From: Paramicrosporidium saccamoebae KSL3
Taxonomy: Eukaryota; Fungi; Cryptomycota
NCBI GenBank assembly: GCA_002794465.1
Contig: MTSL01000011.1
Coordinates: forward strand, 1 to 14,645
Length of the DNA stretch: 14,645 nt
Direction: 5' to 3'
The notes beneath the pieces are model-generated. The model did not search any database. It was not told where the DNA came from and saw only the letters and a program-made list of their open reading frames with translations. The position numbers were made by a program, and so were the translations under genes. Positions 8,563 through 14,645 of this stretch are shown one piece after another (within the stretch, counting starts at the first letter, position 1; each line of letters starts with the position of its first letter).

Positions 8563-8628
8563 ATTTTCAAAACGAGGATATACGGCGATTGCAATAGAGT
8601 AACTGCCATATATCCTCGTTTTGAAAAT
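8563..8628. repeat. long inverted repeat / hairpin with perfect 20-bp arms
   Basis: ATTTTCAAAACGAGGATATA (8563-8582) is the exact reverse complement of 8609-8628. The 26-nt spacer gives 8 of 10 further pairs, including G-T pairs, around a 6-nt loop (AATAGA). Confidence 0.95.
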
Positions 8629-8675
8629 ATGCCATCTTAAAGATCCTCGAGTTCTCGAACAATTCATTCAGTGAC

Positions 8676-9470
8676 TTAATCTACGCCAAATGTGACTATG
8701 GGATATTCGGCAATATTTGCATGTCGCTTATTGCTCGTAGTCGCTGTTTCCCACAGAGCATTCCTAGATGATGATGGAGGAGCATCTAGCCGAATCTCGC
8801 CATTGTTCTTCCGAGCGACGGCCCATGGCAACAGCTTACGTTATTTACAGCCACATACAATCACCAAGCTGCCGTAAGATGGCTGGAATCGGAACCTTGT
8901 GGTATATGCGCACATGAAGGTCACAAGCCCAAGCATCCGTGCAATTACCGTTGGCGAGAGGCGGGTAAGACTAAGACTGGTGCATGCAAAGAAGAACATG
9001 ACAAATTAAGACAAACGCAGCCAAGAATGGTAGTCTGCTCTGAACCGGGCCCAAATAAGGGTTGCCAGCTCCAGAGCGGCAAGAAAGACTCGTATTCTCA
9101 CTTGGCCAGGAAGGAAGGCCCAGAGCCGCGACATGCATAGCGCCATTGCAATCATTGCCAGGATCGATGCCGCTGTCAAAGATGCCCTGATTCCGGCGAG
9201 CAGTGGGGTACCGAGAAAGATGATGCTCCAGATCCACAACATGTGCAGTTTGGAAGCATAGCTTGTAAATCGGGGGCTCAAGCTGGCGACTACCAAGAAG
9301 CACACACATACGAGCTGTAATGCGATTGTGGGCAATCTCGGCGGGGAGGATGGGTTCATGGCTGTAAGTGAGACCAATTGCAAAAGATGATGTGTACTGG
9401 CAAGCCGGATCAAGTGCACGAAGAGGCACGAGATGTTAACGCGCAGCATGACTCGCTGGGGACTTGGCAT
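8676..9470 (-). pseudogene. multi-pass membrane protein frame interrupted by an in-frame TAA at 9006-9008; pseudogene, read-through gene or sequence error
   Basis: ORF 9006..9470 (alternative ATG at 9359) has several TM-like segments. The same frame continues after TAA with hydrophobic sequence (FVMFFFAC...IARMLGLVTFMCAY). A second TAA (8841-43) lies inside a 24-nt GTATGT...TAAC GTAAG in-frame intron candidate (8835-8858). The final TAA is at 8676-78. Confidence 0.45.
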
Positions 9471-9660
9471 GAAGCCTATTTAAGACAGGCAAAACCGTTG
9501 CCTGATTTGGAAAATTGGCGAGTCAAACTCTAAGCCTATCTGGCGGCGCGGGGCTAATTCACGGTCGGCACGCTGACACTGCACCGGCTCGTATTATGAT
9601 TTGACAGCTGTTATAAGGCCTGTCGAATTGAAATAGCCTATCTGTTTAAAAGTCCCTCAA

Positions 9661-10472
9661 ATGGACAGGCGGCCAGCCATAGGGCTTCTCACACCCGCTT
9701 GTATCTCGCCTCTTTATATCACCTGGATGTAGTCGTATTAATTAATGGCATTTATAGCTATGCGAAATATATTGAAATCAGCCAATTGGGCATTGATCAT
9801 TATACTTTTCTAGAAAACGGATCACTCATGAGAGATATAAATAGATTCCGATTAATGCATCCCGTGCATGCCAACATTTATTTGGGTGCTGCAATTCCTG
9901 AACTCTCAGCTGGAGCACCATTCTTTATCAGCGTATTCATGACCTTGAAAATCGACCACCCAGACCGGCTACTAGATTGGGTTTTGATATGTTCAGTGGC
10001 GCCGTACGTCATCCTTTTAGCGATTCTAAAGTATCGTGCAGCATATCATCGAAAGTTGTGCAAACGACAGAGTATTGAAAGTCGTACTCAACAAGGCATC
10101 AGCTTGTGGGCGTATTTAAAGGAGATTTTCCGAAGCGAAGCGAAAATGAGCCCTACGAAGAGCCCAATCCTTTCTTGTTATCCGAGTGCGCTTTACTACC
10201 TTGTCTTTTGGATTCTTTATCCGCGCCCTATTACATCCTGCCAGCTTCATCTTGCGTACGTGTTTGCGTGCTTTGAAATCTTCAAGGCTATACTTTGCCG
10301 TAAATACTTTATGACGGTCGGCAGTTTGACTTACAACGGCCATCGCTGTAAACTTGTTAAATGGAACCTCTGGTATTCCCTGATACAAGATGAAGAAAAG
10401 AAAACGTTTTACTACCCAACTGAAGATCTCCACGGGTTGATCCCGCTATTCAATTGTGAGGCGGTGGGGTAA
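9661..10472 (+). CDS. hypothetical membrane protein, about 260 aa; probable exons 9661-9728 and 9758-10472
   Basis: The 257-codon ORF starts at TTG. An ATG at 9661 joins it in frame through a 29-nt intron candidate GTAGTC...TTAAT...TTATAG (9729-9757; the donor is imperfect). There are two to three hydrophobic segments. No family recognised. Confidence 0.6.
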
Positions 10473-10521
10473 TCAGCAGGTCTCTTATTGACTCGTGGTG
10501 GACCAACTTGAATTTAATGAA

Positions 10522-10978
10522 ATGGCTGTCTCTATTTATAAAATGATAAGATGAGCGAATACGACTTATAATCAATATTCTATTTTACAGAAACAACTCT
10601 TGCTGGTGGTGTACGCCAAGAGGTTTCTGTACATTGGCCGTGTCGATGAGCGAGTTAGTCTTATTAAAGGAGCCTTACAGTCTACCACCCTCAACACACT
10701 GAATTGTGGGATAGCGTAAGCATCTGCGTTGAATCATAAGGGGATACTGCCGAACAAGCTATAATGACATTGCAAAGTATTTTAGTAAGAATAAACGCAT
10801 TCTGAAGAGGCACGCAATAGAAACCGGTAAAGACTTTATGGTGACCATCAGCTCGTTGTTGGACGACACGAATACTCCCAATGCCGACTTCACCCCCCTA
10901 AGAACATCCTGTATTTGGATTCGAATCAAGGCCAAGGCCAAGGCAAGGCTCCGGTCTCAATTTCCAACCATGCATTAA
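10522..10978 (+). CDS. candidate spliced gene absent from the ORF track; 5' end unresolved
   Basis: An open frame at 10555-10715 joins a second open frame at 10741-10978 through a 25-nt intron GTAAGC...CATAAG (10716-10740). The in-frame ATG at 10522 is separated from it by TGA at 10552-54. Confidence 0.35.
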
Positions 10979-11037
10979 CGACTTTTGTTGCCACATGATT
11001 GGTCAAATTCATAATCCCCGGCAGTCTCGCATTAGCT

Positions 11038-14000
11038 ATGGAGCGACGAGTAATAGGCAGCGGCCTGGCCGGAAATGTGACCGAAGCTGGCCCCACTGCC
11101 AGCGTCCGTCCAATTCCCGACGACTCTATCAACAAACTTAAACGGCAGATGCAAGCCAGCCAAGTCTCGGCCGCTCACACTGCCTCCCCTCTTCCCACCC
11201 CATTGTTGCATTCTGTTAGCATGCCGCGCATCGGCGGGCTGGTTACTGGGCCGGGCTCCGACACGCTTGCCGAGTTGCTGAGACTGACACAGGATAGTCC
11301 ACAGCCTTTGTTGGATGCAAAGGTGGGGGATACGTATAGAAGGACGATACCGTCGTCGCTGCCTCTGGGCATGGACCTTGCCTTGGTTGTACAGGAGCGA
11401 GAGCGGCTATTGCAGGAGCGTGCTGAAAAACGCATCCAGGCTCTTGAGCGGCTGCTAACGGGCATGGATGGACCGGAGCGCACAAAATACATGATAGAAC
11501 TAAAGACGCTCAAGCTGGCGGCCGTACAGCGACAGTTGCGTGAAAATGTACTTCGGGTGGCCCATCAACTTCGCTGTGTTGACACTTATGGCGATAGACC
11601 TGGACTACGTCGGAATAAGAAGCAATCCCTCCGCGAGGCACGGCTTACGGAACGCAATGAGCAAAACCAGAAGAAGGACCGGTCGAGGAAAGAACGACAA
11701 AGCTACTTTGACCACTTGCAGGCCGTTGTGTCTCATCACCGAGACTTGCAGAGTATATGGCGAAGTGCCTCACAGAAGAGAACTCGCCTCGTGAAGCAGG
11801 TCATGCACCATCATGGAAACTTTGAGAAGGAAGACCAACGCCGCCAGGAACGCACGCAGAAAGATCGTCTGAGAGCTTTGAAGATGGATGACGAAGAGGC
11901 CTATTTGAAGCTGCTGGACCAGGAAAAAGACACTCGTCTCACCTACTTATTGAAGCAGACTGACGAATTCTTGGGCGGCCTTGCTGCCAAGGTTGCGGCC
12001 CAACAAGAGGACACTCAAAGAAAGCTGACTTTGGATGGATCTGCATCGGCCTCTCCTGTGAGTAGCGAAAGTGATCTGGGGACAGACGAAGTAATCAAGG
12101 TTGATTACTTTAGCACCGCTCACAAGAAAAAGGAGGTGGTGGAGGAGCAGCCAAAGAATCTTGTTGGTGGAAAGCTCAAGGACTACCAGATCAAGGGTCT
12201 GCAATGGATGGTGTCGCTCTATAACAATCATCTCAACGGCATCTTGGCTGATGAGATGGGGCTCGGAAAGACCATCCAAGCCATTTCTCTGATATCGTAC
12301 CTGATTGAAAAGAAGGGCCAGAATGGACCGTATCTGATTATTGTGCCATTGTCCACAATGACAAACTGGGTCATGGAGTTTGAAAAGTGGGCACCATCTG
12401 TCAGCAAAATTGAGTATAAAGGAGTCCCCTCGCAGAGGAAGAATCTTCAGAATCAGCTCAAACATGGTCGATTTAATGTCTTGCTGACGACTTATGAATA
12501 CGTGATTAAAGACCGGCCATTCTTGTCCAAGATTCGCTGGCTCTACCTTGTGGTTGACGAAGGCCATCGCATGAAAAACAGTCACAGCAAGCTGACCACA
12601 GTACTCACTCAATACTATCAGATGCGATATCGTCTCATCCTCACTGGTACTCCACTTCAGAACAATTTACCCGAGCTGTGGGCGCTACTCAACTTTTTGC
12701 TCCCCCACGTGTTCAACTCTTGTAAATCGTTCGAGGAATGGTTCAACACTCCATTTGCCAATACGGGAGAAAAGATGGAGCTTAATGAAGAAGAAATTTT
12801 GCTCATTATTCGACGTCTCCACAAGGTGCTTCGGCCCTTCCTGCTCCGTCGCATGAAGAAGGACGTCGAGGCCGAGCTGCCCGACAAGGTTGAGCTGGTT
12901 TTGAAATGTCCCATGTCCGCTCTACAACAGACGCTCTACAATACGGTGACCAAGAGGAGCGCATCGGCTCTCCGGGATCCAAAGAGTCTTGGTATCAGAC
13001 GTCTGAACAACACGATAATGCAACTCCGCAAAATCTGCAATCATCCGTTTGTCTTTTCCGAGGTTGAGCAGCAGATGAACCCGAACCATCAAAACAACGA
13101 GCTGCTCTACCGTGTCGCTGGCAAGTTTGAGCTCTTGAAGCGCATCCTCCCCAAGTTCCAGGCCACAGGACACAAGCTGCTAATATTCTTCCAAATGACA
13201 CAGATTATGACCATCATGGAGGACATGTTGACTATGCAGGGATATAAGTATCTCCGACTGGATGGATCAACAAAGGCCGATGATCGGACTGACTTGTTAA
13301 AACGGTTCAACGCTCCCGACTCGCCATATTTTATATTTTTGTTGAGCACCCGGGCGGGTGGATTGGGGCTAAATTTGCAAAGCGCTGATACGGTAATTAT
13401 TTTTGATAGCGATTGGAATCCCCATCAAGACTTGCAGGCACAGGATCGCGCCCATCGGATAGGACAGACCAAGGAAGTTCGGATTTTGCGTCTCATCACC
13501 ATTGAGTCTGTGGAAGAGTACATTTTTGAGCGCGCCCAACACAAACTAAGTCTCGACGGTAAGATTATCCAAGCGGGCAAGTTTGATCACAAATCGACAA
13601 ATGAGGAGCGAGATGAGATGCTCCGGGCAATTATGGAGAGGGAGGCGGAGAAGAATGATGTTGAGGAGATTTATGGGGATGACGAGCTCAATGAGATTAT
13701 TGCACGGGATGATGCTGAATTGGAAGAATTCCGCAAAATGGACGAGGAGCAAGAGCAGCGCCCGCTGGGCAGACTCATTGAATCCCACGAGTTGCCCAAG
13801 GTATATCTGCTTGCTGAGGAAGACGAGGGAGTGGTGGAAGAAGACGAGTTTGCCGATCTGAGATCATCTCGTCGTCGGGACGTTACTTATAATGACAACT
13901 TGACGGACGACCAATGGCTGGCTCAAATCGAAAGAGGCGAAACACCTTCCAGCACGACCTCTTCTGCGCGCAAGTCCAGGAAACGCGCCACTGACATGTC

Positions 14001-14457
14001 TGCCTCCGAGTCGGAATCCCTGAGCAGCCCACAGAGGACGCAGAGAATCAAACTAAAGTTGGGAAAGCGGAGCAAAGACGATGGTCTGGACGCGGATGCT
14101 CGACTGAACATTCTGCGGGCCATCTATGATGTTGTGGAAAATTGTCTCGAAGAGGAGACCAACCGCTACCGCAGTGATCTCTTCCTGCAACTCCCAGAGC
14201 GTGACCAATATCCCGATTATTACCAACTAATTACCGATCCGATTAGCTTGGCCGAGATTGAGCAAAAGATTTCAGACTATGCATCGGTGGATGCCTTCAT
14301 GGAGGATCTTGAAAAGATGTTTGGCAATGCAATGCGATACAACGTGGAGGGATCACAGGTATATGAAGATGCACAGATGATGAAACAACTTGCCACTGAC
14401 AAGCTGGCTGAATTGCTGGTCTCTGAAGGACGCTTCCACAGCGACGATGATATTTAA
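11038..14457 (+). CDS. SNF2: SWI/SNF or RSC-type chromatin-remodelling ATPase (SNF2/STH1/BRM family), about 1139 aa
   Basis: First ATG at 11038 (the track start is TTG). HSA helix (RLRALKMDDEEAYLKLLDQEKDTRL), helicase motifs ILADEMGLGKT, VDEGHRMKN, LTGTPLQN and QAQDRAHRIG, SnAC region, and C-terminal bromodomain (YPDYYQLITDPISL...NAMRYNVEGSQVYEDA). No QLQ domain is evident, which is more STH1/Snf21-like. Confidence 0.96.
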   Translation: MERRVIGSGLAGNVTEAGPTASVRPIPDDSINKLKRQMQASQVSAAHTASPLPTPLLHSVSMPRIGGLVTGPGSDTLAELLRLTQDSPQPLLDAKVGDTYRRTIPSSLPLGMDLALVVQERERLLQERAEKRIQALERLLTGMDGPERTKYMIELKTLKLAAVQRQLRENVLRVAHQLRCVDTYGDRPGLRRNKKQSLREARLTERNEQNQKKDRSRKERQSYFDHLQAVVSHHRDLQSIWRSASQKRTRLVKQVMHHHGNFEKEDQRRQERTQKDRLRALKMDDEEAYLKLLDQEKDTRLTYLLKQTDEFLGGLAAKVAAQQEDTQRKLTLDGSASASPVSSESDLGTDEVIKVDYFSTAHKKKEVVEEQPKNLVGGKLKDYQIKGLQWMVSLYNNHLNGILADEMGLGKTIQAISLISYLIEKKGQNGPYLIIVPLSTMTNWVMEFEKWAPSVSKIEYKGVPSQRKNLQNQLKHGRFNVLLTTYEYVIKDRPFLSKIRWLYLVVDEGHRMKNSHSKLTTVLTQYYQMRYRLILTGTPLQNNLPELWALLNFLLPHVFNSCKSFEEWFNTPFANTGEKMELNEEEILLIIRRLHKVLRPFLLRRMKKDVEAELPDKVELVLKCPMSALQQTLYNTVTKRSASALRDPKSLGIRRLNNTIMQLRKICNHPFVFSEVEQQMNPNHQNNELLYRVAGKFELLKRILPKFQATGHKLLIFFQMTQIMTIMEDMLTMQGYKYLRLDGSTKADDRTDLLKRFNAPDSPYFIFLLSTRAGGLGLNLQSADTVIIFDSDWNPHQDLQAQDRAHRIGQTKEVRILRLITIESVEEYIFERAQHKLSLDGKIIQAGKFDHKSTNEERDEMLRAIMEREAEKNDVEEIYGDDELNEIIARDDAELEEFRKMDEEQEQRPLGRLIESHELPKVYLLAEEDEGVVEEDEFADLRSSRRRDVTYNDNLTDDQWLAQIERGETPSSTTSSARKSRKRATDMSASESESLSSPQRTQRIKLKLGKRSKDDGLDADARLNILRAIYDVVENCLEEETNRYRSDLFLQLPERDQYPDYYQLITDPISLAEIEQKISDYASVDAFMEDLEKMFGNAMRYNVEGSQVYEDAQMMKQLATDKLAELLVSEGRFHSDDDI

Positions 14458-14512
14458 AAACGTGTTCATTAACAGGCTGTAATAGTAGTAAAGATTCTTT
14501 ATTGTGACCTTG

Positions 14513-14645
14513 TTTATCGGGAGAGTTGACCCGTAAATAGCCGGTGACAATGATTCTTTATCCCGAGTTGGTTGATCCATAAACAACTGGTAGCTTTATC
14601 CTGAGTGAGTTGATCCGTAAATAACTGGTGACAAAAATCCTTTAT
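14513..14645. repeat. degenerate tandem repeat (units of 44, 38 and 46 nt), truncated by the window end
   Basis: Units start with TTTATC at 14513, 14557 and 14595, and TTTAT at 14641. A shared core GTTGAYCCRTAAAYARCYGGT occurs at 14525-45, 14571-91 and 14609-29. Confidence 0.85.
14514..14645 (-). CDS. possible 3' end of a convergent gene lying beyond the window
   Basis: The minus frame is open for 43 codons from the window edge to TAA at 14514-16, with minus-strand AATAAA at 14498-14503. Confidence 0.35.
   Translation of the reverse strand: MKDFCHQLFTDQLTQDKATSCLWINQLGIKNHCHRLFTGQLSR

Noticed and set aside
8676-9008. TAA reassigned to an amino acid (alternative genetic code)
   Set aside because: TAA ends LSM2, PIG-B and SNF2 at plausible C-termini, and no internal TAA or TAG appears in the long conserved ORFs.
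8676-9008. Three in-frame TAAs spaced exactly 165 nt apart (9006, 8841, 8676)
   Set aside because: No sequence repeat underlies the spacing, so it is treated as coincidence.
9150-9240. PIG-F/GPI11 identity for the membrane frame (IIFLGTPLL resembles LFGAPL)
   Set aside because: The conserved GAWLGAxPIPLDWDRPWQ motif is absent in all segments read.
8971-9429. 152-aa ORF overlapping the membrane frame on the same strand
   Set aside because: It has a non-ATG start and no recognisable features, and is probably an alternative-frame shadow. It is not fully excluded as part of an alternatively spliced product.
10552-10554. In-frame TGA as selenocysteine
   Set aside because: There is no redox motif or selenoprotein-like context, and no SECIS-like element was recognised downstream.
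1900-14123. Numerous 60-220 aa antisense or alternative-frame ORFs inside ECD, PIG-B, EEP and SNF2 (e.g. 11947..12612)
   Set aside because: They are fully nested in well-supported genes and are the expected shadow ORFs of coding DNA at this GC content.
14513-14645. CRISPR array
   Set aside because: The repeats are degenerate, the intervening sequences are related to each other rather than unique spacers, there are no cas genes, and the context is eukaryotic.

Overview
This is gene-dense eukaryotic, fungal-type DNA, not prokaryotic. Intergenic gaps run from about 30 to 300 nt, GT-AG introns are very short (about 24-32 nt), and AATAAA often lies at or just after the stop codon. This architecture suggests a reduced early-diverging fungal or Rozellomycota/microsporidia-related parasite; that taxonomic call is inference. 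Recognisable genes: HSP20 small heat-shock protein, tRNA-Asp(GTC), ecdysoneless/SGT1-family protein, GPI mannosyltransferase PIG-B/GPI10 (one intron), LSM2 (ATG-only first exon) and a SNF2/STH1-type chromatin-remodelling ATPase. Between them are several unrecognised ORFs, including three co-oriented signal-peptide plus C-terminal-TM genes, one of which is an EEP-fold protein with eroded catalytic motifs. The features most worth a second look are: a possible structured ncRNA right after the tRNA; a near-perfect 66-nt hairpin upstream of LSM2; a multi-TM frame that continues through an internal TAA; a probable spliced gene missed by the ORF track just before SNF2; and a degenerate tandem repeat running off the right end. 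No mobile element or CRISPR array is supported. All family calls are from motif recognition by eye; no searches were run.
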